Shown in pieces: positions 31,116-42,975 of a DNA stretch of 64,000 bases; position 1 is the stretch's first letter, and each line of letters starts with the position of its first letter. Source of the stretch: Coraliomargarita sp. Lineage in GTDB: Bacteria; Verrucomicrobiota; Verrucomicrobiia; Opitutales; Coraliomargaritaceae. The stretch is taken from positions 1,664,001-1,728,000 of the forward strand of contig OZ244160.1 of the NCBI GenBank assembly GCA_965216325.1. Direction: 5' to 3'. The notes beneath the pieces were generated by a model. It did no database searches, was not told where the DNA came from, and worked only from the letters and a program-made list of their open reading frames with translations. A program made the position numbers and the translations under genes.

Positions 31116-32718
31116 AGCTTCGCGCACAACTGGAGTCCTTGAGCTCGTTTGACTTCTCCGGATAGTCCAGCGTGCAGTGCAAGCCACGGCTTTCCTTCCT
31201 CTGCAAAGCGCAGTCAACAATGAGGCCCGCCACCAGGATCATATTACGAAGTTCCAGCAAGCTGGCGTCGACCTTGTAGTTCCAGTAATAGTCATTGGTC
31301 TCACGATCCAAATTTTGGATACGTGTGCGCGCACGCTCCAATCGCTTGGTTGTACGCACGATACTGACATAGTCCCAAAGCGTCCGCTTCAGCTCGTCGC
31401 AATTGTGCGACACCACGACACGCTCATCCGAATCACCCGCATCGCCCGGAGTCCATTGTGGTAGTTCCGCCTGAGCAAACTCGCGGGAGTTCACATAAGT
31501 GATCACTGACTTCGCTGCACGGCGCGCCATCACAACAGCCTCGAGCAAAGAGTTGCTGGCGAGACGGTTCGCTCCGTGTAGACCGGTGCAGGTCACCTCG
31601 CCACAGGCGTAGAGCCCCGGCAGCGATGTCTGACCATCCAGATCGGTTTTCACACCACCGCAGAGATAGTGCGCCGCAGGCACCACTGGAATCATGTCTT
31701 TCTCAAGATAAATGCCGCGCTTGGCACAGAAATCGTAGATATTGGGAAAGCGCTCGCGCAGCTCATCAGCCGACTTATGCGTGATATCCAACCACACGTG
31801 CGGGCTACCAGACTGCTTCATTTCCGAGTCAATCGCACGTGCCACAATATCGCGCGGCGCCAGATCCTTCCGCTCGTCGTAGTCGGCCATGAAGGCCTTG
31901 CCCTTGAAATTGCGGAGGATTGCACCTTCTCCACGCACCGCCTCGGTAATCAAGAAGCGGTCGCCCTCAACCGAGTAAAACGCCGTCGGGTGGAACTGGA
32001 TAAACTCCATATTGCGGACCTCAACGCCTGCGCGGTAGGCCATCGCGATCCCATCACCCGTCGCGATTCCCGGATTGGTCGTATATTGATAAACTTGGCC
32101 GATGCCTCCAGTTGCCAGCAGCACCGCAGCTGCCTGAAACGTCTCCACTTCACCACTTCTGGTATTCAGCACATAGACGCCCAACACACGATCCCCTTCG
32201 TTCGGAAAGGCCATCCCACGACGGCGCAATTGGTTCTTGGTCAACAACTCGACCGCAAAGTGATGCTCCAGCGTATCGATCAATGGGCTCTTCGCGATCG
32301 CATGCAGCAGCGCCTGCTCAATGGCCTTACCTGTGACATCCTGCACGTGGAGGATGCGGCGCTTAGAGTGGCCGCCCTCCTTCCCCAGTGAGACACGACC
32401 ATCGTCCAGTTGGGTAAATTCCACGCCACGCTTCACCAGCTCATCAATACTGGCAGGGCCATCCTGCAGAATCTCGCGCACGACGGCTTCATCGCAGAGG
32501 CCATCGCCAGCATCCAGCGTATCGGCCACGTGCATCTCGACATCGTCGGTCTGCGAGGTCACTGCGGCAATCCCCCCCTGCGCGTAATTGGTATTCGACT
32601 CGGCAGAGTTCTTCTTGGTGATGATCGCGACACGTTGGCCCGCTTCCGCCGCTTTAATTGCAAAGCTTAGGCCAGCAATTCCACTGCCGACGATAATGAC
32701 GTCGTAAATATGCGACAT
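31102..32718 (-). CDS. nadB: L-aspartate oxidase
   Basis: GSGIAGL, AQGGIA, EGGHS.RRI, QFHPT, EAVRGEG, LAPRD, HGANRLASNSLLE. Confidence 0.95.
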   Translation of the reverse strand: MSHIYDVIIVGSGIAGLSFAIKAAEAGQRVAIITKKNSAESNTNYAQGGIAAVTSQTDDVEMHVADTLDAGDGLCDEAVVREILQDGPASIDELVKRGVEFTQLDDGRVSLGKEGGHSKRRILHVQDVTGKAIEQALLHAIAKSPLIDTLEHHFAVELLTKNQLRRRGMAFPNEGDRVLGVYVLNTRSGEVETFQAAAVLLATGGIGQVYQYTTNPGIATGDGIAMAYRAGVEVRNMEFIQFHPTAFYSVEGDRFLITEAVRGEGAILRNFKGKAFMADYDERKDLAPRDIVARAIDSEMKQSGSPHVWLDITHKSADELRERFPNIYDFCAKRGIYLEKDMIPVVPAAHYLCGGVKTDLDGQTSLPGLYACGEVTCTGLHGANRLASNSLLEAVVMARRAAKSVITYVNSREFAQAELPQWTPGDAGDSDERVVVSHNCDELKRTLWDYVSIVRTTKRLERARTRIQNLDRETNDYYWNYKVDASLLELRNMILVAGLIVDCALQRKESRGLHCTLDYPEKSNELKDSSCARSYDNK

Positions 32719-32720
32719 GC

Positions 32721-33566
<846 letters not shown>

Positions 33567-33651
33567 AACTCAGAATTTTCCGCCGAGCGTAGGACACCAC
33601 ACATTTATCACAATAATAATCAGAGTTTAACAAATCACATCCTATCCATCT

Positions 33652-34896
<1,245 letters not shown>

Positions 34897-34917
34897 GGAA
34901 CAAAACGATCCTTTACC

Positions 34918-34947
34918 AAGGTCGCCCTCTGAGCAGGGCGGCCTTTT
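34918..34947 (+). terminator. Intrinsic terminator after dapL
   Basis: AAGGTCGCCCT-CTGAGC-AGGGCGGCCTTTT. Confidence 0.7.
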
Positions 34948-35060
34948 CTTTGCCTCCGCGGCCAACCAGCGATGACAATTTATGGATGGCCAACCGATCC
35001 TAGAGCAACTTCACTCGGGGGCATACCAATCTAGCCACACGACTACACCGCATATAATTA

Positions 35061-36029
35061 ATGGACCTACTCCTTCAGAATATACTCTCACCCGTCGTGC
35101 TCGCCTTCGTCCTCGGGATGTCGGCTCACTGGGTGAAGAGTGACCTAGAAATTCCGGATGCCATCTACCAGGCACTCTCGATCTATCTTCTCTTTGCAAT
35201 TGGTCTAAAAGGGGGTGTCGCCCTAGCTGAAACCCCACTGTCACAGCTGGTGGCACCTCTCGGGGTCACGCTACTGTTGGGGATCCTCACACCAATAACC
35301 GCCTTTTTCGCCCTCAAAGCAATCGGACGACTCGACCGCACCAACGCCGCTGCGACAGCCGCACACTACGGCTCAGTCTCCGCCGTAACCTTCCTCGCCG
35401 CAATCGAGGCCTCCAAAGTTGCCAACATCCCTGCCGACGGCTACATGCCTGCACTGGTTGCGGTGCTTGAGGTGCCCGGCATTGTTGTTGGACTCCTCTT
35501 TGCACGCCAAAAAAGCTCGAGTCGCGGTGGCATGAAAGAAGCTGTCCACGATGTCATCTTTGGCAAAAGCATTTTCCTCCTGATTGGCGGCATGGCCATC
35601 GGAGCGCTCTGCGGCCCCGTGAAAGTCGCCGCGGTCGCGCCCTTCTTCATTGATCCGTTCAAGGGCGTGCTCTGCCTCTTCCTCTTGGAACTCGGCATGG
35701 TCGCTGCCCGACGAATCGCGGACGTGCACAAGGCTGGCTGGCGTATCATCGTCCTCGGCTGCCTACTCCCACTCGTGCACGGCATGCTCGGCACCTTCGC
35801 AGGCACCCTAGCAGGCATGACCCCCGGAGGTGCGGCCGTGCTCGGCGCCATGACGGGTAGTGCCTCCTACATCGCGGCACCTGCCGCCGTCCGTATCGCA
35901 CTGCCTAAAGCCAGCCCTGGCATTTACCTGACCATGGCACTCGGCATCACCTTTCCATTCAATCTAGCGATCGGCATCCCACTCCTGCTTGCCTTCGCGA
36001 AATACTGCGCTCAAATGTTCGGCGCATAA
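35061..36029 (+). CDS. sbtA: Sodium-dependent bicarbonate transporter family permease (SbtA-like)
   Basis: KSDLEIP, YLLFAIGLKGG, AAHYGSVSAVTF, SASYIAAPAA, ITFPFN. Confidence 0.88.
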   Translation: MDLLLQNILSPVVLAFVLGMSAHWVKSDLEIPDAIYQALSIYLLFAIGLKGGVALAETPLSQLVAPLGVTLLLGILTPITAFFALKAIGRLDRTNAAATAAHYGSVSAVTFLAAIEASKVANIPADGYMPALVAVLEVPGIVVGLLFARQKSSSRGGMKEAVHDVIFGKSIFLLIGGMAIGALCGPVKVAAVAPFFIDPFKGVLCLFLLELGMVAARRIADVHKAGWRIIVLGCLLPLVHGMLGTFAGTLAGMTPGGAAVLGAMTGSASYIAAPAAVRIALPKASPGIYLTMALGITFPFNLAIGIPLLLAFAKYCAQMFGA

Positions 36030-36039
36030 AGATCCAGCT

Positions 36040-36345
36040 ATGAAAGTCACCTTAACCAAGATCACCATCATCACCGAAAGTCTGCTCACGGACCACATTC
36101 TTGAGCTGATCAAAGAGCATGGTGGAACTGGCCACACCCTGACCAAAGTCGAGGGCGAAGGCTCCAGAGGCACGCACGCCAGCGACTGGGAGGGCCGAAA
36201 CACCAAGATCGAGACCATCGTCACCGCCGAAGACGCGGACACCATTCTCGACCTACTCAACGAGCGCTATTTTGAAGACTACGCGATCATCGCATGGCTC
36301 TCCGAGGTGCAAGTGCTTCGTAGCAAAAAATTCGTGGGCCATTAA
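36040..36345 (+). CDS. sbtB: P-II-like regulator (SbtB-like)
   Basis: KITIITE, GHT..VEGEGSRG, IETIV, VQVLRSKKF; 10 bp downstream of sbtA. Confidence 0.8.
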   Translation: MKVTLTKITIITESLLTDHILELIKEHGGTGHTLTKVEGEGSRGTHASDWEGRNTKIETIVTAEDADTILDLLNERYFEDYAIIAWLSEVQVLRSKKFVGH

Positions 36346-36386
36346 GAACCCATTCGCTAAGCATCTAACTGCCCGTTAGAGATTTC

Positions 36387-36416
36387 AGGGTCGCCTTCAT
36401 CGAGGGCGGCCTTTTT
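36387..36416 (+). terminator. Terminator-like hairpin between sbtB and can
   Basis: AGGGTCGCCTTC-ATC-GAGGGCGGCCTTTTT, closely resembling the dapL terminator. Confidence 0.6.
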
Positions 36417-36425
36417 CATGATGCA

Positions 36426-37025
36426 ATGCCTACCCTGTCTAAGCTACTCCAGCGCAACCGCGAATGGGCGGCACGCATGAGCGAAGAAGACCCCACTTTC
36501 TTTGAAGAGCTGGAAAAGGAACAGCACCCAAATTATCTGTGGATCGGCTGCGCGGATAGCCGGGTCCCCAGCAGTCAGATCATGGGCTTAAAGCCGGGTG
36601 AAGTCTTCGTTCACCGCAATATTGCCAACATGGTGCTGCATACCGACTTTAACATGCTTTCGGTGCTTCAATATGCCGTCGACGTTTTGAAGGTGGAACA
36701 CGTGATTGTCGCAGGTCATTACGGCTGCGGCGGTGTCCGAGCGGCGATGAAAGATCAACACTTTGGACTGATCGACAATTGGCTACAAAACATTCAGGAC
36801 GTCGAAAGCATTCACCTTGAAGAACTTACTGCACTAGATGAGCAGGCACGCTTCGACCGCATGTGCGAGCTCAACGTTCTCCACCAAGTCGACAACCTAC
36901 GCCGCAGCCCAATCATTCAAGACGCGTGGGCGCGCGGTCAGCATGTGGAACTTCACAGTTGGGTCTACAACCTAAAAGACGGCCACCTGACCCCACTCCA
37001 AGACGTGATCAGCCACAACGACTAG
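36426..37025 (+). CDS. can: Beta-class carbonic anhydrase
   Basis: WIGCADSRV, FVHRNIAN, GHYGCGGV, CELNV. Confidence 0.95.
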   Translation: MPTLSKLLQRNREWAARMSEEDPTFFEELEKEQHPNYLWIGCADSRVPSSQIMGLKPGEVFVHRNIANMVLHTDFNMLSVLQYAVDVLKVEHVIVAGHYGCGGVRAAMKDQHFGLIDNWLQNIQDVESIHLEELTALDEQARFDRMCELNVLHQVDNLRRSPIIQDAWARGQHVELHSWVYNLKDGHLTPLQDVISHND

Positions 37026-37164
37026 CTCGCGCACCGAAAATGCCCCCCCTTTCTGAAGCTATCTCACGACTTGCCCCATAAGCGACACTCACGACACAGC
37101 TCAGACTCTAAACACCACTCGCAGCGAGTGCGCATAACTTCGGCCTACTTCCTACGGTTAAAAG

Positions 37165-37251
37165 GTAGCGCAGGAGCCTCAGGCTCCGCATTGAAAATGA
37201 GAATTATACCTTTGCAGCAACTTTGTGCGCCGCGAGACGCGGCTGCGCTAC
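37165..37251. repeat. Inverted GTAGCGCA-type REP pair
   Basis: GTAGCGCAGGAGCCTCAGGCTCCGC ... GCGCCGCGAGACGCGGCTGCGCTAC. Confidence 0.7.
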
Positions 37252-37279
37252 CTAAAGCAGAACGACGAAGTAGTTTCGC

Positions 37280-37600
37280 CTAGCTCAGGTAAGAGCAGCA
37301 GTAGTCCGCGCCACCTTCTGGCACCTTAAGCGAGAACTTAGAGTTGCCCGGCACGTTGAAAGACTGGCCTTCACTGTAGGTAGTAAAGCTGTCTTCGCCC
37401 TCAAGCTTCACATCCATGGAGCCACCGAGCATTTCCATAACTTCCGCCGCTTCGGTGCCGAACTCGTAGTCGCCCGCCTGCATGAAGCCGAGTGTCTTCT
37501 TGGTGCCGTCGGCAAAAAGGACTGTGCGGCTGGTTACCTGGCCGCCGAAATAAACATTGGCCTTCTTGATTGCGGTTACGTTTTCGAATGATTCTGACAT
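37280..37600 (-). CDS. ppnP: Pyrimidine/purine nucleoside phosphorylase (DUF1255)
   Basis: [37 protein letters not shown]. Confidence 0.9.
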   Translation of the reverse strand: MSESFENVTAIKKANVYFGGQVTSRTVLFADGTKKTLGFMQAGDYEFGTEAAEVMEMLGGSMDVKLEGEDSFTTYSEGQSFNVPGNSKFSLKVPEGGADYCCSYLS

Positions 37601-37644
37601 GCCGCAACGAATGAGCAGAAATCGCCGAGGTGCAATTGCATTTT

Positions 37645-37720
37645 GTAGGGGCGCGACTTGACGCGCCCGCCAGAGCAAGCGTCCCCATCAGCATGCGGGC
37701 TTCGCAAGCAAAGCCCCTAC
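37645..37720. repeat. REP pair; right arm identical to the RAYT-flanking REP
   Basis: GTAGGGGCGCGACTTGACGCGCCCGC ... GCGGGCTTCGCAAGCAAAGCCCCTAC (reverse complement of 15978-16003). Confidence 0.85.
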
Positions 37721-37783
37721 ACAAGCGAGAAAACATTGCTCACAATTTGCAACCTTCCCACCTTTCCACTTTCTCACTGATCC

Positions 37784-38782
37784 ATGGACCCTCTCACACA
37801 GGCCACCCTCGGCGCAGCAGCCGCAGCCGTCGTCAGTCGCCCCAGCTCGGTGCGGCGCGCACTGCTGATTGGTGCCGTAGCAGGAGCCGCACCGGATCTG
37901 GATGTGTTTATTATATCCGGTGAGGATCCACTGCTGAACCTGCAGTATCACCGTCATTTCACCCATGCGTTGCTTTTTGCACCGGTGATCGGGCTGCTCG
38001 TTGCAGCACTGTTCAAAGGTCTGTTCTACCTGCGCAACTGGCCCTTCCGCGAACTCCTGCTGTTCGCAAATCTGGGCGCACTGTCCCACGGCCTACTGGA
38101 TGCCTGCACCAGCTATGGCACCATGCTCTACCTGCCCTTCAGTGGTCACCGCGAATCGTGGGATCTGATTTCGATCATCGATCCAATCTTCACCGTGCCG
38201 CTCGTGCTGCTTTGTCTCGCGGGCTTCATTGCCAGCAAGCCACGCCTCATCCGAATCGGCATGTGTTTGTGCCTGATGTATCTAAGCTTCGGATACATCC
38301 AACGTGAACGCGCCCGTAGCTATGCGCTAGAACTCGCAACTAGCCGCGGACTCTCCGTCGAGTCCGTCACAGCACGTCCCTCCTTTGCCAATACCATCCT
38401 CTGGCGCATCATCGTTCGCAGCAAAGACAGCTACACCGTCGACGCAGTGTGGCTGATGCCCTTCCAAGAGCCAACACTCTACAGCGGCGCAACCGTTCCC
38501 ATGCCAGATCTCGACAAGCTAGCACAAGACGGGAGCCAGCAAGCCGACGACATTGCCCGCTTTGATCACTTTTCACAGGGCTACCTCTACGAAGTGCCCG
38601 GCAAAGAGCACGTGCTCGGTGACTTGCGCTACGCACTCTTTCCCAATTCGGTCGAGCCCCTGTGGGGCATTCGGCTGAACCCTAAAACTCCAGACGCACA
38701 CATCGAAATGGTCCATTTTCGCGAGCCCTCCAAAGCGGCATTCACCAAACTCTGGGCGATGATCTGCGGTAAGGAATCGTAG
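37784..38782 (+). CDS. Membrane-bound metal-dependent hydrolase (YdjM/DUF457-like)
   Basis: MDPLTQATLG, PDLD, HRHFTH, HGLLDACTSYG, IIDP. Confidence 0.85.
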   Translation: MDPLTQATLGAAAAAVVSRPSSVRRALLIGAVAGAAPDLDVFIISGEDPLLNLQYHRHFTHALLFAPVIGLLVAALFKGLFYLRNWPFRELLLFANLGALSHGLLDACTSYGTMLYLPFSGHRESWDLISIIDPIFTVPLVLLCLAGFIASKPRLIRIGMCLCLMYLSFGYIQRERARSYALELATSRGLSVESVTARPSFANTILWRIIVRSKDSYTVDAVWLMPFQEPTLYSGATVPMPDLDKLAQDGSQQADDIARFDHFSQGYLYEVPGKEHVLGDLRYALFPNSVEPLWGIRLNPKTPDAHIEMVHFREPSKAAFTKLWAMICGKES

Positions 38783-38866
38783 CGCGCCACTTCAGCAAGC
38801 GCTCCTCCGCACAAAAGCCACCTCGCTACCTACAACCAAAAAGCGCTCGCTGAAGCAGCGCGCTAC
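38779..38866. repeat. Inverted GTAG-REP pair
   Basis: GTAGCGCGCCACTTCAGCAAGCGCT ... AGCGCTCGCTGAAGCAGCGCGCTAC. Confidence 0.65.
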
Positions 38867-38975
38867 GCCTCTCCAGACGCAGACACCTGTTTTTCTCAGA
38901 ATTGAGACTTGAATCAGGTCGGGGTTTTTCCAGCTTAGCGCATTCGGCTTTTACACAGCCCTGCAGTCGCCCCCA

Positions 38976-40940
38976 ATGCCACTTCCGAAATCGAAATCTC
39001 ATAACTCGCTCCGCCGCATGAAGGTAGGGATTAAGCGCTTCCTCAACACGGTTGACGAAATGCGCGCCTCGATTCAAGGCGATGACTATGAGGACGAGGA
39101 ATACGAAGAATACGAAGAATACGACGACGAATTCGAAGCATGCGACGATACAGAGGAAGCTGAAGACGAGGAGCTGCCGGAAGAAATTGTCGAGGACACC
39201 CGTCGCGAAGAAGAAGCCCTTGCCACCGAACAAGCGGAGCTAAACGGCTGGCGTCAGGAGCTCGGCATGCTCCTCAAAGAACGCGAGGAGCGCGGCGAGT
39301 ATTTCCGCAATTATTTCGCTGAGAGCCAGCAACGCTATCAGCGCATGCTGCAAAACGCGCGCGATCAGCTCGCCGGCATCGAATCACGTGGCGACGAGGC
39401 CACACCAGCACAAGCCCTCGATCATGAGCTCAACGCACCGGCCGAGCCGGAACCAGAGCCAGTGCCGGAACCAATCGACAATCCGGACATCGAGCTTTAC
39501 ACACGCCCGAGCCTGAGCTTGCTCGAAGCGGCCGACCTCAGCAAGACCGTGCTCATGGAGCCGGAAGCCCTGGAGGCGCAGAAGAATTCGTTGCAAGAGA
39601 CCATGGATAGCTTCGCAGTCGATGCCTACGTCTACGATGCCATTCTCGGGCCACGCATCACACAGTTCCGCGTGCAGCCCGGTATGGGCGTGCGCGTTGA
39701 ATCCATCGCCGGCCTGCAAAAGAACATCGCACTGGCACTGGCTACCACCAACATCCGCGTGCAGGCACCAATTCCTGGCGAACCCTTCGTGGGCATTGAA
39801 GTTGGCAACGCTAACTCCGTGCCGATCCACCTTCGCTCAATGCTCGAGTCCCGCGCCTGGCGCGAATCCGAGATGGAGATCCCGCTGGTGCTCGGCATGG
39901 ACATTCAGGGCAAGATCATGCTCGCCGACCTCGCCAAAGCTCCACACCTGCTAATCGCTGGCGCCACGGGCAGCGGTAAGTCCGTCTGTATGAGTAACCT
40001 CATCCTCAGCCTACTCTACAAGTTCCGCCCGGATGAACTGGAGTTGGTGCTGATTGACCCGAAGCGCGTTGAATTTGGACTCTTCAAAGAGATCCCGCAC
40101 CTAATTCACTCGGTGGTGACAGAGCCCAAACCGGCCGTGCAGATCCTGAAGTGGGTGGTCGCCGAAATGGAGCGCCGCTACCAAGTGCTGGCGGACAAAC
40201 AGGTGCGCAACCTCGCTGGTTACAACGACAAGGCCGAGGCCGAGGGCTTCAAGAAGATGCCGTATCAGGTGGTCATCATCGATGAGCTTGCCGACCTCAT
40301 GATGACGTCCAAGGGAGAGGCCGAAGCCGCCCTCGCCCGTATCGCCCAACTTTCCCGCGCAGTTGGCATCCACACCATCATTGCGACTCAGCGCCCAAGC
40401 GTGAACGTCCTGACCGGTGTGATTAAAGCCAACTATCCGACCCGCATTGCCTTCCAGGTATCCTCACAAGTCGACTCACGCACCATCCTCGACTGCAAGG
40501 GTGCTGAGAGCCTCCTCGGACAAGGCGACATGTTATTCAACCCGCCGGGCATCGCACGACTCATCCGTATCCAGAGCCCATTGGTGCATGACCACGAGAT
40601 ACGCAACGTCGTCGACAATCTCGCCGCCCAACGTCAGGCCGAGCACCGCGTCGACCTCAGCAGCATTCCAGCAAGCGGCAACGACCAGTCCGGCAGCCAA
40701 CTCGATATCGATGGCATTGAAGGCGAAGACGACGAAGCACTGCTGAAGAAGGCCCTGCTCACCGTCGCCGAAACCCAAAAGGCCAGCACCAGTTTCCTAC
40801 AACGTCGTCTGCGTATCGGTTACAACCGCGCGGCGCTCCTCATCGAAGAACTCGAAGACCGCATGTATATCGGGCCGCAAAACGGCTCCACCCCACGTGA
40901 GGTCTTCATCACACCGGAGGAAATCGAATGGGCCAAATAA
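38976..40940 (+). CDS. FtsK/SpoIIIE-family DNA translocase lacking the N-terminal transmembrane domain
   Basis: Alpha domain (GPRITQF, QAPIPGEPFVGIEV), Walker A AGATGSGKS, IDPK, Walker B IIDELADLMM, ATQRPS, DSRTILD, gamma domain STSFLQRRLRIGYNRAA. The first ~170 aa are charged and acidic with no hydrophobic helix. Confidence 0.92.
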   Translation: MPLPKSKSHNSLRRMKVGIKRFLNTVDEMRASIQGDDYEDEEYEEYEEYDDEFEACDDTEEAEDEELPEEIVEDTRREEEALATEQAELNGWRQELGMLLKEREERGEYFRNYFAESQQRYQRMLQNARDQLAGIESRGDEATPAQALDHELNAPAEPEPEPVPEPIDNPDIELYTRPSLSLLEAADLSKTVLMEPEALEAQKNSLQETMDSFAVDAYVYDAILGPRITQFRVQPGMGVRVESIAGLQKNIALALATTNIRVQAPIPGEPFVGIEVGNANSVPIHLRSMLESRAWRESEMEIPLVLGMDIQGKIMLADLAKAPHLLIAGATGSGKSVCMSNLILSLLYKFRPDELELVLIDPKRVEFGLFKEIPHLIHSVVTEPKPAVQILKWVVAEMERRYQVLADKQVRNLAGYNDKAEAEGFKKMPYQVVIIDELADLMMTSKGEAEAALARIAQLSRAVGIHTIIATQRPSVNVLTGVIKANYPTRIAFQVSSQVDSRTILDCKGAESLLGQGDMLFNPPGIARLIRIQSPLVHDHEIRNVVDNLAAQRQAEHRVDLSSIPASGNDQSGSQLDIDGIEGEDDEALLKKALLTVAETQKASTSFLQRRLRIGYNRAALLIEELEDRMYIGPQNGSTPREVFITPEEIEWAK

Positions 40941-42424
40941 AGACCTGCGACGACTTGATCGAACAGATCGAAGCACTTGGGATCGAGGGCACCGTGAAGG
41001 CCTATCGCAAGCCACCGCTGCACACGCGTATCCTGCGCGACCTTTACGAGCTCTACATCGACGTGCCCAAATACGTCGAGTTCCTCGCTCACTATCCGCT
41101 GATTCCATCCGACCTCGCAGAGCGCATCGCGCAAGAGATCGATCCCGAACTCGTCGGCATCGCACATGGCCTTGCAGGCAACCCGCGCAGTTCGCAACAG
41201 ACACTCAATCGCCTCACCAAGCACGAGAACGTCGACGTGCGTCTTGAGCTCGCAGCCAACCCGAACCTGACACCAAAGGAATTCCAAGCCATGGTGCAGG
41301 ATGAGTCGGCCTATGTACGCGCCGCGATTGCCAAGAATCCATCGCTGCCGAACTCCCTGCAATTCATCCTCGCCGATGATACTGAAGCGATCGTGCTAAT
41401 TGCGCTCAGCTCCCGCAAAACCTTGGACATGGATATCGCGGTCCAACTGGGCACGCACAGCGATCCACTCGTGCGCGCCGCAATCGTCAACCAGTGGTCG
41501 CAAGATCCGGAAGTGCTGCAGATGTGGGCGGACCTCGACGAACCGCACAACCAGCAGTTCCTCCTTCAGCGTAGCGGCAAACTCGAAGCTTCAGCCATCG
41601 AGGCGCTCAGCTATGCTCAGGATTCTGAAGTCCGCACCGTCGCACACGCGCAACAGAATCTGAGCGGCCCACTGATGCTCTGGCTCGCCGAGTCCGACTA
41701 CACAGAGGACCGTGTTGCGCTCGCGGAGCGCCCCAACTTGCCGAACAGCATTCAGCGCATTCTCGCACAAGACAGCTCGCCCAAAGTGCGCCGCCGCCTT
41801 GCTGCCAACTCGGACCTCGCGCCATCCCTAGCACTACACATCGCCACTTCAAGCGACTTACAAGCCTGCCGCGCACTGGCGAAGAACCCAGCAATCGACT
41901 TCGAGTGCCTGAGCGAACTCTGCCTACATTCAGACGACAACATCGCTCTACTCGTTGCTTACCGCGACGACCTCAGCGAGCAACACCTCGACCTGCTCAT
42001 CAACCATCGCCTCAGCAGCACAGTCGCGGAGCACCTGGCGTATCAGGATTTTGAATACAAAAATATTCAAGCTGACCCCGTCGCCGCACTAGCAGGTAGT
42101 GACGCACCAAGTTTACGTGTTTTCGCTGCGCGTTCCGCGCACGGCGAAGATTGGTGCTTCAAGCAACTCGCAAGCGACCCCGTCCACGCCGTCCGCTTTG
42201 CACTCGCTAAAAACTCACACGCGCCGGAATCCTGCCTCAAGCAGCTCATGGAAGATGCCGACCGCGGGATCGTTTTTGCCGCCGAAGAAACCTTGAATCG
42301 CCGCAACCGCATCACCGCATCCGAATCGAAGAACGATGAAGATGAATACGACGCGTATGACGAAGAGGAGACCTACGAACGCGGCAGCACGCTGAAACGG
42401 ATCCTTAACTTTTTCACTGAATAA
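40928..42424 (+). CDS. HEAT/LRV-like helical repeat protein
   Basis: Repeated units of the type D....VR..LA.NP.LP (VRLELAANPNL, VRAAIAKNPSL, VRRRLAANSDL, VRFALAKNSHA); overlaps the ftsK-like gene by 13 bp. Confidence 0.8.
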   Translation: MGQIKTCDDLIEQIEALGIEGTVKAYRKPPLHTRILRDLYELYIDVPKYVEFLAHYPLIPSDLAERIAQEIDPELVGIAHGLAGNPRSSQQTLNRLTKHENVDVRLELAANPNLTPKEFQAMVQDESAYVRAAIAKNPSLPNSLQFILADDTEAIVLIALSSRKTLDMDIAVQLGTHSDPLVRAAIVNQWSQDPEVLQMWADLDEPHNQQFLLQRSGKLEASAIEALSYAQDSEVRTVAHAQQNLSGPLMLWLAESDYTEDRVALAERPNLPNSIQRILAQDSSPKVRRRLAANSDLAPSLALHIATSSDLQACRALAKNPAIDFECLSELCLHSDDNIALLVAYRDDLSEQHLDLLINHRLSSTVAEHLAYQDFEYKNIQADPVAALAGSDAPSLRVFAARSAHGEDWCFKQLASDPVHAVRFALAKNSHAPESCLKQLMEDADRGIVFAAEETLNRRNRITASESKNDEDEYDAYDEEETYERGSTLKRILNFFTE

Positions 42425-42437
42425 CCACTTTCAACAA

Positions 42438-42462
42438 CGGGCGCGTCAAGTCGCGCCCCTAC
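42438..42462 (-). repeat. Single GTAG-REP inside the ftsK-like operon
   Basis: Reverse complement GTAGGGGCGCGACTTGACGCGCCCG matches 37645-37669. Confidence 0.8.
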
Positions 42463-42481
42463 AACTTACAACGCACCTATC

Positions 42482-42889
42482 ATGGCTAAGAAAAATGCAA
42501 AACTGATACCGCTGACCTTGCAGGAGATCATTCTCCGAGGTGATGCGGAGACCATCCGCCAAGCACTCGAAGCACGCACTCAAATCGACACCCTGCTGGA
42601 AGAGCGCGAAGCGGCATATCGCCGCATCAGCGAACTCGAAGAACAAGTCGAAGGCATCGTCGGCGAAGAAGGCGTCTTCCCATTCCCGGAGCCACCGGTT
42701 CCCGTGGCAGCCTTCGACACCAAGGCGGCGGCCAAGAAGAAGCCAGCGCCAAAGCCAGTCGAGGAAGCTCCAGTAGAAGCTGAAGCAGAAGTAGCAACTA
42801 AGGAAGCCCCTGTCGCGGACAGTGACGAAAACGCTCCAGCTACTGAAGCCGAAACCGACGAAGCTACAGAGGAAAACAAAGACGCGTAA
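42482..42889 (+). CDS. Hypothetical coiled-coil protein with Lys patch and acidic tail
   Basis: LLEEREAAYRRISELEEQVEGIVG...FPFPEPP; paralogous to the next gene. Confidence 0.75.
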   Translation: MAKKNAKLIPLTLQEIILRGDAETIRQALEARTQIDTLLEEREAAYRRISELEEQVEGIVGEEGVFPFPEPPVPVAAFDTKAAAKKKPAPKPVEEAPVEAEAEVATKEAPVADSDENAPATEAETDEATEENKDA

Positions 42890-42975
42890 TTCAGTTTCAG
42901 GAGCTGACGTTTCCAGAGCCAAGCAACGGGCAACTGAAAACCAGCAACTGAAAACTGCACGCGCAGCGTGCCCCC

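Noticed and set aside
38976..40940. Type VII secretion EssC, conjugative coupling protein or HerA-type defence ATPase
   Set aside because: It has a single ATPase domain with FtsK alpha and gamma domains, and there are no WXG100, relaxase, nuclease or Sir2 neighbours.
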